Source: Sphagnum compactum (lineage: Eukaryota). Taken from it: DNA of 64,000 nt. Each line of letters opens with the position of its first letter. The stretch's first letter is position 1. The stretch covers positions 10,468,213-10,532,212 of the forward strand of contig OZ234493.1 in the NCBI GenBank assembly GCA_965153455.1, written 5' to 3'. This document shows positions 36,701 to 50,291 of the stretch, one piece after another. The notes under the pieces were generated by a model. That model did not search any database and was not told the DNA's origin. It saw only the letters and a list, made by a program, of their open reading frames with translations. A program made the translations under genes and the position numbers.

Positions 36701-37924
36701 CTTGGAGCACCTTGATTACCTTATGGCAGAGCACCATTTACAAATACCACAACATGTGATCTAATGGGTACAAGCTTTACCAGTGGAAAATTCAGATTTC
36801 AGTGAGGGGGGGACTTATCAAGCCATAGCCATTGTTGGTTGTGCCCTTCCAATCAAACACCAATGCTTACTCCAAAAACTTACCAGGTGCACATACACTT
36901 AGTGAAGCTTTGCTCCAAAATCAAAGACAGTTTATGCACACACTTAGAGACCTTTGAAATTCTTCAAAACAAACCTGACCCAATAATCTAAAGCTGCTCA
37001 TATGCTCCCTCAATCAATGTGCATTGGAGAAGCTCTACATAAACTTCCTGAAGCTGCTCTACTGAAATTCAAACTTGCTCCAGAAAAAACTAAAATAGTT
37101 GCATAAGCATTTTACAAGACTTCTAAATGGTTTAAATGAAAGACACCCATGCCTGACAATTGGACGTTGCCAACTTGCCCTTCAATTTTACTGCAGATGG
37201 CAAACTGCATAGGTAGATCTCCAAACCCCAAGATACTGAAATTGTGCAGCTTTTAAAAGCACACAAGCAAAACACTTCATGGAAGATTTGTAGGCACAAA
37301 GAAAAAAGTTAGTTACCAATAATATAACCATCAAAACCGACAATACAATTGTTGGTATGATTTGTAAATACTGGGCATCATAAATCTGAAATCGGGATGG
37401 TCAAAACTTGATGAATCCAAATAGGTAGTTTCAAATCCATTGAGATGGACAACAGAATGAAGCATCAGCATTTTGGTTGTTTGCAAATTTGGAGAGAGAA
37501 ATGACAATGCCCTCAAAAGAATGATAATGGAAGCCACTGATGTAAAGCCATCCCAGATTCAAAGGAAAAAAACTTTCAAAGGTGAATATTTTTTATGTGA
37601 AGGCAACCTCAATTCTTCCACCAAGGACTCTATATCCCCTAGATCCCCACAATACCAATGAACCTTCCAATCCAATGACCTCATTATCATTGGATTGGCC
37701 TAGTATTTGTCGTCAAAGTCAACATCCATTTGACAACCTAATCTCTAATTGTCATGAATATCATGCAAATGGTTTTGTGTTCCATATACCAAATTGTTGT
37801 GATCTGACCAACATGTTTGCTTGCCTTCAGGATTCACAGGCCATTAGTATGCTATCTGCTTCTGAAATTCCAATCTATACACCAACTCATTTTTGTTAAT
37901 AGGAACAAGATGCAAAGTTTGCCA

Positions 37925-38030
37925 ATTAAGCTTGCCAAACTTAAGCATCTTAAACAATAAGCTTAAGCAATCTTAAACATCTTAAGCTTAAGCATCTTGA
38001 ACATTAAGCTTAAACAAACTTAAACATAAT
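37925..38030. repeat. Degenerate short tandem repeat (CTTAAGCAT / CTTAAACA units)
   Basis: aacttaagcatcttaaacaataagcttaagcaatcttaaacatcttaagcttaagcatc... Confidence 0.7.
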
Positions 38031-38300
38031 TGGCACAGATGTCCATGGATAGTGTCTGTGGACACTCTAACTATTATGTACTAGGGAACACAACACACCC
38101 TAGGAGGCCAAATGCTTCCCTCTAGGACAAATTCTCTAGTGTAAAGTTTGTTTGGAGGTTGTTAAGAAGCAAAAGTAGACCTCAAATTCTAGTAAGTACA
38201 TAGGAAATGACTAAATTCAAGGGCCAATCCAGCCTTTCAAGAATGTCTGAGAACCAGGTATAGAGAGTTTTATGTGTGTTAAAGCCTTGACTTACTACAG

Positions 38301-38543
38301 GTACCTGAGTATGTCCCAGCACTTGATGAGGAGGGACTTTGGAAAATGATTGTTGAGCTCATTGTTGCATTTGATGAAGTGATCTCACTGGGAATTAAGG
38401 AGAACGTGGTGTTAGGGCAAATGAAGCAATATGTAGAAATGGAGAGCCCTGAAGAAAGGCTACACAAGCTTGTCATTGAAAGAAAAATCAGTGACCCGAA
38501 GGATCTGATGAAGCGCAAGGCCAGTGAGATAGACAACAATAGG
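38301..38543 (+). pseudogene. Isolated exon of coatomer subunit delta (delta-COP)
   Basis: ctacag|VPEYVPALDEEGLWKMIVELIVAFDEVISLGIKENVVLGQMKQYVEMESPEERLHKLV...DLMKRKASEIDNNR|gtaagt, 81 codons; resembles plant delta-COP FELIFAFDEVISLG...MESHEE...MKRKASEID; neighbouring exons not found. Confidence 0.8.
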
Positions 38544-40058
38544 GTAAGTTTCTCGACCTCATCACCTCTGTAGAACTTTGTAGGACTTCATCTCGTGGCT
38601 TCAGGGTATTCTGTTCTGGCACTGGGTAGGTGACCAGTGGTTGCTGCCATCATTGTCATATTAGACTAAGCAGTACCTCCTTTCTGTGATGTTTTCAACA
38701 GCGGAGGGCACCATGAAATGACCTATTGTTAATAATATGTCGTTGGAGACTACAGTATTGTGTATCCTTGGACAGAAAATTGTCAACCTCATTCCTTTAA
38801 CCTGAAGCTAAATCAGGTTCTAATTTGCAGTTTATCAATGATAGTGGTGGGTCTGAGATATTTGGAGCACAACAAAATTTGCTTCATCCATGTTCTTTAG
38901 GTAGCCTTTCTGATTGTTGGTGCTGCAGCATCATAAATAAGAAGATTCAAGCTTTTTGTATTCATGCTTAGAAAAGAGGGCAGCATTCTGTACCTCTCAT
39001 ACTGCACCTTGTGGAACTAAGTTATGTGATTTTGCTACAGCTGACAAAAAAACATTGTTGTGGATTTAATCATCAACATTTCAAAACTAAGAACAAAAAT
39101 CCAGTCATGTTGGATTGTATCTCAATGGGCTCCTATCTGAGATGTATGTGCAATTTGGTCTTTGGAAAAGGAGTTTCTATTACGGTTGGTGATATGTTGG
39201 AAGTTTATGGCAGCTGTTTTGTCAGAAGACTGGTCAACCATGCGACACTTTGCTCATGAGCAGGCTGCAGTTTTGAAGCAATGTATCTTGAAATTCTCAG
39301 GATACATTTGGACTAAGAACCAGGTGTTGTGTTTGCCTTTTTTTTGTTCTGTGTTGTGGTTTTAATAGAGGAAGGAGAGTGGAGGCTTGGATCTTTGTGA
39401 AAACTGAGGTTATTTTTCTTAGTTGGGTTTGTTTTGGTGTAGTACTTCATCATCTGCCTGATGACTTGCCTTTAATTGCAATTAGTGGACAGTGGAAACC
39501 ATATCACCCTTGTGTCAATACAGCTATAGCTGTTTGTAGTAGTTTTGTGTGTGCATTGAAGACTTGTGTGTTGTCTTTTCTATCATGAGCACGAGAAGGA
39601 AAGAGAAAGAGAAGCTGGTACAGTGTACCAAGGAGGAATTAGTTCCGCCCATTGATGTTCTGGACCTCCATCTGCCAAGGACTGGGAAAAAAGTGAAATT
39701 TATCCTTGGGCACAACTGTGTCAGGCTGGAATCTTGGGCTTCTCTTCCTGTACACTGACATTTTCCAGTTCACATACATGTATTAGATTTGTGAGTTTGT
39801 TTTATTCTTCAAAGTGGGGGTCGTTTTGTGTTCCTTTGAATAGATAGACAAACCTGGTTTTCATATGGAAATGTCTGTTAAGGGGGGCTAGGAAGAGAGT
39901 TGCATTTCTGACTAGACTGCTTCCTCATCTTGTTACCTCAGTTTCAGTAATTCCTAGTCAGTTGGGTTTCTATCCTGATGTCAAGCTCTCTGACATGGAT
40001 CATCTTGCTGGTCATCAACCCATTTGCTTGCTAACTGGGGGCACTTGTGGCTTTTCAG

Positions 40059-40139
40059 ATAAAGGTCGACTTTGATGAAATTGTTTGTGAGCTTTACATC
40101 AATAATGAGACTAGCAAAGCTCATCTTAAAGAACTACAG
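40059..40139 (+). other. Putative isolated 81-nt exon of unknown origin
   Basis: Branch-point-like gctaac (~40030), cttttcag acceptor, IKVDFDEIVCELYINNETSKAHLKELQ, then a GT donor. Confidence 0.3.
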
Positions 40140-43100
40140 GTCCAGTTGGTACCCTTTTATATCTGGGTACGAGAGCTATTCATATTCCAGTTGGCCAGTT
40201 GGCTCATTGATGAGGGAGTGTTCTTTTTGCACACAAAAGGAAAAACAAACTCAAGCAGTTCATTGCACAATTTCCAGGGTGATTGATGCCCATGTTAAAT
40301 TCATGGAAAGTGCCAATGAGTTGAGAACGGACAAGATCCTCAATTCAATTAATGACATAACCCAATGAATCAGAGTCCAATTTTCTAGATGTGTCCTTGA
40401 CAGACTCAAACTAATGCTCCAACTTAGGAGAAAGCTCTGGATGCAGTGATAGCATATCGAAGAGCTACTGATGTAACAAGTGGCAGGTTCTCACCAAGCT
40501 ACCCCATGCTCATGTTCAAAAACCTTCATTTTTCTCAATCTTTCATATGTTTGAAAGGATCTGGTTTTTGGGGATTGGAACGCAGTTTCCATTTGTCCTT
40601 GCAAAATGCTCCCCATTTTCTTTTATGGTCTGGAAGTAACTGTTGTGCCAGATTGACCTCCAAGTGGGATACTGTTCCTTTAAATACATAGTTGCAAAAG
40701 AGATATGCAATTCTCTAGTGTTCAACATGACAACCAAAGACATTGGAAAAGACACAGGTTATCTTCTTGCAACTGGATGACTTTGTGCTACTTGGTCAAG
40801 AAAGCATGGTTGTTGGCAGTGTTGTTCTATGGTTCAGCCTTAAATAGGATGTCAGGCTCTTCAAGAAACAATGAGTGCCGAACCAATTGCAGTTTGCAGT
40901 TGTGTTGACAGTTAGGTTTTAACTATTGTTGTCTGTCTAGAGGATGCCATGCATAGCCCTCTAAAAGTAAAGGTGGCAAAGGCAGTTGTGCCTGCCATTG
41001 ATGCAATGAACTTGGCTATTAGGTATGGATTTCCCATTGGAAATTGAGAGCATCTGAACCTTGAAGATCTGAGCTACTATTATGCTAATGTCATTTGGAC
41101 TCCTTATGATGCCAGTGCATTTGAAACCAAACCAATTCCTCCAAAGCAAATAAGGAAGATGCGTCCGGACTTGTTTGATCATCAAGACCATAATGTGAGG
41201 GCATGCGCAAAAGGCTTAACAGTTGAGCATTGTTGGATCAGAAAAGATGAAGTAGAAAATATATTATGTGACAAGATGCAAAACATATATTATGTGACAA
41301 CATGTGAAACATGCTGGTAGGAAAGACTTATCTAGTTTAGCTCATTACCCTCACGTGATGCTACATTTTGTGGATTGTAGGTTGGATTTGGTCTTGTGTC
41401 TACAAGTATTTGTTTAACCCTTTTTCCTTTCAACTTGACCTAATTGGTTCATTGCTGGTTTTGTCCTAGAAAAAGGAACTTTCAGCATGAAAGTTGACAA
41501 TGTTGTTGTCGGTTCTGAAGAGACTTGAAGGTTTGTGTGTTGTGCCATATCTGTTGTTTAATTTTCTAGGTGGGTGTAAGCAAGATAAAATGATTTACCT
41601 TGTCAAAACTACAACATGTAGATTTTAAATAACAATTAAAGCCATCATATAATTGTGAAACATTTAATGTTTTTGCTTGAATGATAAAAGATAACATGTT
41701 TTTACGACATTAATTTTCAAATTCCAACTTCTAAAAGTAGGTTTCAAGTAGGTTTTTAAAAATACAAGTAGTTATTGATATTTACTTTTGAGCATGGTCT
41801 TTTTGTTTCAAGTAGGTGTCAAGTTAGGTTTAATAAAAGAAAACTGGAAAAGAAAAAAATTGACGGCTTACTAAAATGATCTTCATATCATAAATTAATA
41901 CATATTTATTTGATTATATTTTTTAATGAAAAAGTAGGTTTGAACATATGTACATTGATCAGTTTCAAATCTATGTTTTCAAAACTACATTCTTATAAAC
42001 TTAATACAACAAATGAATGTTATTTGACATATACTTTCATCTAATTTGATGTTTTTTTTTGTAATTATATGTGTGACACATGGTTTAAGTTGAGACGTTT
42101 ATTTTTTTTATGTACTTTATGTTGCTTTGACCCAGGTTGTACTCTTGAGTTTACAACTATTAGGGCTGTAGATGCCCTAATTTGTTTTTACGCAAGAAAA
42201 TGATACATTATGCCAATGGTTGCATGGATGGGTTACTTTTTCATTTGTTTACATTGTCAATGTTAGGTGAAAATAAACTCTAGAAGTTGAACATGTTGCA
42301 ATGACAATTGGAAATAGTTCCGAGCTTTCAATTGAAGTGCCAAAGTGATGTAACAAGTCCCATTTACAATGTCTATTGTGAATTGTTTTAGTTCGTTGGA
42401 ATATGTATAGTCTTTCTATATTTTTTCATATTTTTACTAGTATGTTGTTCATGTTCATGTCAAGTTTATAAGACAATGGTGAATAGAAATTAGTCGACCT
42501 TCTAAGATATTTTGGCACAAATGAACAACCCTATCTTTTGGGAAGAAATGTTGGTTTTGATCACTTGTGTTATTGGATTAACATTATCAATGTTTTGTAA
42601 ATGCCATTGTGATTGGTTTATAAATGCTTTGCAAGAATAATCATTTAGTTTTTCCATTCAACAAACCTTAGGTTGTTAGCCTCTAGTAAAAAAGTTGGAT
42701 TTGTCTCTACAAAGGCTTAGTTTGGAAATTTATTTTGCTTCAAGCTACACTATTCCCATTCCCAAGTTGCAACAAAAGTAATTGAGACAACACACGAATT
42801 TGGTTTACTTTGCCTTCGATGTGTTGTCAAAAGCTTAACTTATTTTTTTGTTTCTTGATATTTCGATTGGTTGTTTTTGTTTTTTGAGATTTTATGAGAT
42901 TTTGACTTTCTTTTGTCACATTTTGTGAATGCATGTAATGATCATCTTTGATGATTTGGTGCTTGGTGGAAACAATTTTCCAGAATTGATTAGGTTCACA
43001 CATAACCATGAAGTTGCATATTGGGGTCTCTTTACAATCCAAAAGGAACATGAGGACTCATTTATGACATCAACATGCACCCTTCAACAAAGATAAAAAA

Positions 43101-46100
43101 TGTAAATTCCCCATGTGTGTCAACGTTGATGGTGCACTAAATTAAAAATACAATAATTTTTTTACAAATGTTTTGTGAAAAATGTACAGTGATTTATCAC
43201 AAAACAAATTAACTAATATTTATAGTAGAAAGAGTGTATGGTTACAGTTTATCAAAATTGACAATAATAATAAACCAAATGATTTAAGATACAATATATC
43301 TGTATTCAAAACAATATGTAAATGGTAGGTATATGGTATTTTATAAAAGTGATTAGAATAAATATAATAGTTGATAACTTCAACTATTTTTCTAGTTATT
43401 TCAAATTGGTGTTCTAACTCAATTTTGTACATATTTAACAATCTTAAATTCATGCACCCATCGTTCCTCTAAAGATTAATCTTTAATAAGGCATCTAAAT
43501 TGACCCAATAAGGATTAAACCTTTTAACAAAAGGCACATTGCCTTTTCATAATCACAAAAATGCATATTATGAAACATACGAAAAGGGCAAACCAAGAAA
43601 TTGCACCAAAACAAAAGCATGAAAATCTTGCATCAAAGTAAAAGAAATCTCAAAATGACATTTGATCATAGATTCTCAAATTTCAAATGAATTAAAATCT
43701 TGACAAATGATAAACTTGCTTTCAACTCCCAAAGAATGCCCACAAGTTTATTAGGTTCATGATTTAAAGAAGATGTGAAGGAATGGTTTTTTAACATAAA
43801 GGAATAATAATAAACAATTCTTGATGATCAAAAGGAATTTCAAGAAACAGACATGAAAGACAAGTTGTAAAATTGAGCTTAATGATTACAAAAATGCTTT
43901 CTACATAAACCCCTTATATAGAAACTACCTCTTTGATGGGAAGAAAATAGTTAGATATTGTCGTCTTAATTGGTTCAATATGGTCTATTCGACATTGCAT
44001 ACCTAGATAAGGCTTTGGTCCAAGCTTATGTTTGCAAACGTAGCATTGTTATTCATTTAAGCTACAACATGTAGAAACAAAATATGAATTGAACCTCAAC
44101 ACCAATAAAACATATGCACACTAAACCATAACCTTTCCAAACTACAAATAGTTTGCCCAAAAAACTTTTTGGGGAAAAAAAATGCTTGTAACAACATTAA
44201 TGAAACATGGAAGAAAAACATGTTGAAGCAATGAACATTGATTAATGAGAATATTTGTACATGAAAAGGTTCAACATAAGAAATGGTAATACTTGTATAA
44301 TGGAATAACATTCACAATCTCAAACCAAATGTTGTATCTAAATGAAAAAGAGAGGACCCAGTTGCGAAATAAATGTGATTTTCTTTTACTAGATCCAACA
44401 ACCTTCAACCCTCACCTTCAACTTCTTCCCTAGTGGTTTTCTTCAAGGCCCACAATAGTAGAAGTTGCCTTTTTTTCTTGAATGCCTTGCACAAAGACAT
44501 CCAAAGAATCTCTACAAGTCTTTCCTTAGATTTCTTACAACTACAACCTATTGATGACCACCCATATGAAGTATAAAAACCCCCCTCCACTACCCTACTA
44601 ATGAGTGCCCACCTAAAGGAAGAAAACCCCCAAACTACCACACCAAAAAGCATGTGATCTTCTAGGAAGAGGCAAGCAAAAGGCTAGCACACATGGGTTA
44701 TGGTGGACCTAGTCGATGTGGGATTTTTTTGCATCTAGCATGGCAGGTTCATGGTCACATGTGTCATCCATGTGCCTCACAAAAAAAATTCATACTTGTT
44801 TTAATTATATTTTATTAAATTGTGCCATAGATATTGGAAACTTGATGAAGAAAGAACTAAAAAATATCCAAAACCCCTTCCTTTAAGTAAATTGTCCCAT
44901 AAATTAGAAAAAATATTCAAATTTTCACTAGAAAAAACATTTATCTACAAAATATTCAAAACAAAAAAAATTATTAAAAAAAACATTTGCAACAATTTAT
45001 TAAATCACCATAAACGAGCATCGTTTCTTTTACACATAGTGAGACTCCAATAGCTATCAATGTCCCAAAATTTGTTGTTAAAAAATTAAAACTATTAAAT
45101 TTAATAAAAATTGCATAGGCACCATGATTTTTTTTCTTGGAACTACAAACCGTCCTTGGGAGCCACAATGAACCAACACCCATTAAGCTGCCATGAAGGA
45201 TGAATGGTAAGTGGTTAGGAAACAATTTTCTATTGGGTTCAAATTCCCTAGCTAACCATGGTGGTTAGCTCAATTGGTTTTTTTTCCTACCTACCTAATG
45301 ACAACCCATGATCAGGTTGTTAGTAGGTAGGTAATAAAAATAACCCTTATATGTATAAACCATTTACTTGCCTAATAAATAGTTACCTATTTTCTTACTT
45401 ACCTATCTACCTATATATGAGATCTATTTCCTAGAGAATTGGTCACCAAGGTGAAACCAAATATTAACTCAGCTGAGGTTCATCCACAACCGAATAAGCT
45501 CGTTATGATATATGAAAATAAACTCCAATTTTTTCCACTTAAAGGTCCATATTTAAGTTTTTATGATAATTTATTTTAGTGTATTTTAAGGGCCTATTAT
45601 ATAACAAAATTTTGCTTCCATTTCAAGAAAATGCATTACATTTTTTTGGAGGGCATTATGTTTTTTGAAAGGGCATTACATTTTTTTATCTTTCTTGTTA
45701 AAAAAATCTTTAAGTGCCAATTCAAATTTCAAAGTTAAAGTCCATTAAATAGAAAACATAAGCATACATAAGAAACAATTCAAATTTTTTTTGATTTTTT
45801 ACAAAAACAAAACAAAAGTTTTTGACATAGTTATACTAATGAAACAAATTTAGATACCATGTTTTTAATTTGAATCGAAAAATGACTCAAATGGATTTGT
45901 AATGGGTGTTATTATATATTCAACCAAATGCATCAATGTCAAGAAAACTGAAGTTTGGAAATGGAACACAAGCTACCACTATCATTTGGGAGGCTACAAC
46001 CCTTGAAGGAAAGTAGTTACAGTAGTTGAATCATAAATTGACAAAGTGATGTTACAATTAGTCAGATTGTGAAACTAATGGCAACCCACATTAGTCACAA

Positions 46101-47129
46101 CATATGGTCTCTAATATTTACACACCATCTTTTACACTTGGCAAAAAAACCTTCCACAAAGTTCCAAAACTCCACATTATCATTATTATGGCAATTTGAA
46201 ACAAAATTGGACAAATGTTTGTTGTCAACATTAGGCACTATCTTCTGAATTTGTGAAAGGTGCTACACAGAATCAATTGTCTGTAAATGTGAAGAATGTT
46301 GCATAAAATGAAAGGGAATTGTGTTCTTTGTCATGTGAATCATAAAAAATTGGTGTTAATGTAGCAAAATCTACAACCTGCAACACAAACCAATGAGTCA
46401 AAAGTTGAAACCACATATGTACAATGTACAAAAAAAACAAAAACAAAAAAATTTACCTTTAAGTGTTTGCAAAAAATGCTTCATATGTCAAGGGATGATA
46501 GCCAAAAACCTCACTAGGATTTATTTTTTGCATAACATGGTCACATGTTTCACCATCTATTATATCATACTTGCAAAGATCAAACAAAGTTAAACTTTAG
46601 GATTGAAAGAAAGAAAAAACATTAAAAGAAGGAAGCATGTAAGTTTTGAGGGCAAATTTTTTGCTTAGAATAACTCTTAGCGTCACAATGACTAGACATT
46701 TTCATGTTGTATTCTATTGGTACCAAAATATCTACCATTCAAGTAATAGCCATACCACAACCAATTTTATTTGTAACTGATTTATTAACAAGCTCTAGGA
46801 AACATTCTATCAACCTCTTAATTAAAAGCCTTAAAATGCTTTAGTTGCCAATACGTATTTTTATGAACCAAACCAAATCATTTTTATTTCATTTTATTTT
46901 TTGAAGTTAGGAATAGAGCATGGGGAGGGGGGTTGATCAGTTTTTGACAATAAGCCATTAAAACCCTTTTGTCTTAACAACATCTTGTATGTAATAATTA
47001 ATAATAGGTCAATGGTCTTCAAGACCACAATGGTCAATATTAAAATGCCAATTCTTGGAGGCACCTTATTGATACTTCCCCCCAAAAAAAAACCTCGAAC
47101 ACCACAAAGAAAAGAATAGAAACATAGAT

Positions 47130-47944
47130 CTTAAAAATGTGCAAATGTAGAAACCAATAAAATAGAAAAGAATGACATCTTCATTTCCATACTCATTGAA
47201 GTGTAGAGAATAATCAATTTCATCCATAATTTGAAGTTCGTTATTAGCACAGATCACAAAATTGTGGGTGTAGAAGTACCTGAATTTCAAATTCACACCC
47301 ACCAAAATGTCTAGTTGACACTTATTTTGTGCAAACATCAATCGCTCTTTAGACAATGCTAGAATGTCTGACTTCTTAGTACTACAACCCGAACCTGCAA
47401 CAATTTACTGATTGATAGGCTCATTTGCCACCAATCATACTTGTTCATAAAAGGGGGTCATTACGTATGTTGAATTTTACTCCAAAAGTACTTGAATCCA
47501 AACACCTTCTTGCCTCCCTTGATTTGATGACCCATAAAAGAAATTCAGCAAGATTTGACAATAAAGTCTTTAGATTTGATTTTGAGAGGTCTTCGATTGA
47601 CAATGTTATGTCCATTTTCTTATATCACCTCCAAGAATTGAAGGCATTTCTAGCCCACCCTTTGAATGTTGACTTATGTGACGACCACCTACCTTGACAT
47701 TTTCAAGCTCAACAAGGTCAAGATCACGAAATCGTAGTGCAAGAAACTTTTCACCTTCATCAATGTCATTGATTGTTGTTGATTGAATGTATGAATCCTC
47801 ACCATACTGTATGGATCATCAAAATCCATGTCCATTAAAGAATTGAAAAATGAATCAGACCCATGATCAAGTTAACATTGGTTGTCACCATCAACATTAT
47901 CATCTTCAAAATTAATCTCATGACCAACAATGTGTTTGGGCTTC
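47130..47944 (-). mobile_element. Decayed Crypton/DUF3504-like tyrosine-recombinase gene, N-terminal half
   Basis: Across frameshifts and stops: RFRDLDLVELENVKVGGRH/KSTFKGWARNAFNSWR*YKKMDITLSIEDLSKSNLKTLLSNLAEFLLWVIKS...FNIRNDP/YEQV*LVANEPINQ*IVAGSGCSTKKSDILALSKERLMF...GVNLKF. Confidence 0.55.
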
Positions 47945-48624
47945 TAAATCAAACAACACACCAGAATGATTAACATCCATCAACAAAAAAACAAAAAAAA
48001 CATTGATGAAATTGTAGAACTCCACGTTGACAATGCAAAAAATCCTACACACATGAAAATCAAATTAGGTTAAGAAATTGTACAAATTATATGAAATAGA
48101 AACACAACAAAATCTCACACATTTGAGAAAACTCAAAAAAGAAAAAGACCAGAGGGTTAAATAAGGTGTAATATCAACACTATTGTTGTAAGAAAAACTC
48201 CACAACAATCTAAAAGTGATGAAACAAGATTAAGACCATAAAATAAAAATTCACAAAAAAGCTAAATGGAAAAGAAACTAAACATTTGAAGGAGGCCAAA
48301 GATGCACATAGTTCGAAATCTTGAAAACAATTTGCAAAATGTTGATGCTATTGCATTGCAACACAAGAAAACAAGACAAAAAACAATAACAAGAAAGGAC
48401 AACCAAAAATGAAGATGCAAATAGTGAAAAAAAGAGATGCAAAAACAACTTGTCGCAAACATAAAACTGATTTCAACAAAAGAAAACTAGTTCATTAGAA
48501 CAAGTTTAATGTGTCACTACCTAAAAAAACATTGCCACAATTTAAACAAAGTGGACTAAAAACTTGTCAAAAGACATAGAGCACCTAGAAACAAAACAAT
48601 TAGCAAAACACCTTGCTAATTGGA

Positions 48625-49286
48625 ACCGAAGCTACTTTGGAACACAGCTTGGCCTCTACTAACCGTGTAAACTTGAGAGCGGGTAGACTATACTCTCAGA
48701 GTTGGAAAACAACTTGCTTGACTTGGCTTCTTCTCTTCCTTGTGTGTGGGTTGTTCTTGTTTATGGTCTTTCTCATTCGGGTTACTTCATTGTATCTTTG
48801 TAGCAGCATAAAGAATATGGCTGCTGAAGATAATTGTAGGTTCTCAAGTGTTGGGAGCTAATGATGTGATTGGGGAGTCATGGCAGATATTCACTCCTAT
48901 TCATGATGAAGATGACTATTGTTACCATAGAAAAAGATCATGGTTCCAGCAGAGCATCACTTCAGAGATTTTCATTCAATGCTGTGCTAGCTACTTGTGT
49001 TTGGATTACTTTTATTATGTGTTTTGTGGATTTGTTTTCTCTGCAATCTCATGGATATGAGAGGTCAGACATTGGCACTTGTGGTACCACATTGCAAAAT
49101 TAGTTTGAGCTACTTGGTGTGTTTTGCTTTGTCTTGGTGGGTTTAGGAAGAACTTTGTGCCTGCCATTTTTATTGCAGGATTCTTTGGAGTAAAGGTTTT
49201 TCAGATCACTGAGGGTAATTCACACTTGCAAAACTATGTTCTGCTCCCATCATAAATGAACATGATTCAAGAGATTAGAAAGCGAA
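48625..49286 (+). pseudogene. USE1: Partial duplicate of the USE1 3' CDS and 3' flank (source 34297-34959)
   Basis: Manual alignment gives ~25 substitutions plus one indel over ~663 bp; 5' truncated; stop TAA changed to TCA. Confidence 0.95.
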
Positions 49287-49519
49287 AATTAAAATTATGT
49301 GAAGTTGAAAGACATTGAAAGTTCTTCCCTAATGCCATTTTGTCTTGTTCTTCTTGCAAGTAAGATTTGTCAAGTGCCATGAAAGAGCATTATTATTTTA
49401 CCTCTCAGTGTCAGCCATTTAGTTTACAATGAAATTTAAGCTTGAAAGGATGAATCAACCATACTCAAAAAATACTTGTTCTTGGCTTAATTGAAATTTA
49501 ATCTTTGAAATTGCAATGA

Positions 49520-49900
49520 TGAGAAATTTTGAGGAATTGGTACATGGGTAATTTTTGGAATCTATCAAATGGTCATCCTTGAACAACTTTAGAGACAATT
49601 CCTATCATATGGTTGGCCTTGGAAAATTCTAAAGACAATTCCTTTTGTATGGTTGTATGGTTAAAAGGAATTATCTACCTACTTCATTTTCAAGCCTAAC
49701 TATCTCACTTCTTTCCTCCACCCACCAACATGTATGAAAAGACACATTAACATGACCCTTTTCATTTTTCAGGATATTTGTATTAGTGGAAATAAATTAA
49801 ACAAAAGATTGATAGAATTAAGGATGAACTATTGAAAACCATACACGGGAAGAGGTAAAAAAATTCATTGTCACTTGTGCAAAGCAATGTAAAGCCCAAG
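49520..49900 (+). repeat. Old duplicated segment, paralogous to 52760-53510
   Basis: Shared gagaaattttgaggaattg, cttggaaaa.t.taaagacaatt, gatgaacta...aaaccata and agcccaagt blocks. Confidence 0.65.
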
Positions 49901-50291
49901 TGAATTTACCATGAACATGTATAGAATGATAGAGTTGTGGACAAGAAGATAATATAATTAATAATCTTTCATGAACATTCATAAGACTTAATTGCAAGGG
50001 GAATATTGGGTCTTCATCTTCAATAAATCAAATCAATGTTTATGTGGTATACATTTTGCTTTGTTGAGGTTTAGTGTGTTATACTATTTTATGAAAGCAT
50101 AAGATTTTTCTTTTCATATCTATTGGTTGTAGATATTTATCATAATTGTTTCAGAATAACATATTGACTATATATATATATATATATATATTCTAATAAC
50201 AATGTTTGCCAAAAGATGCCCTCAACATATGAATATATCTATAAGTCATTGAATGTAATGTAAGCAATATATTATTCTATATAAAGCCAAT

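Noticed and set aside
41600-46800. AT-rich stretch with short ORFs
   Set aside because: It is probably old transposon debris, but I could not support any termini or protein motifs.
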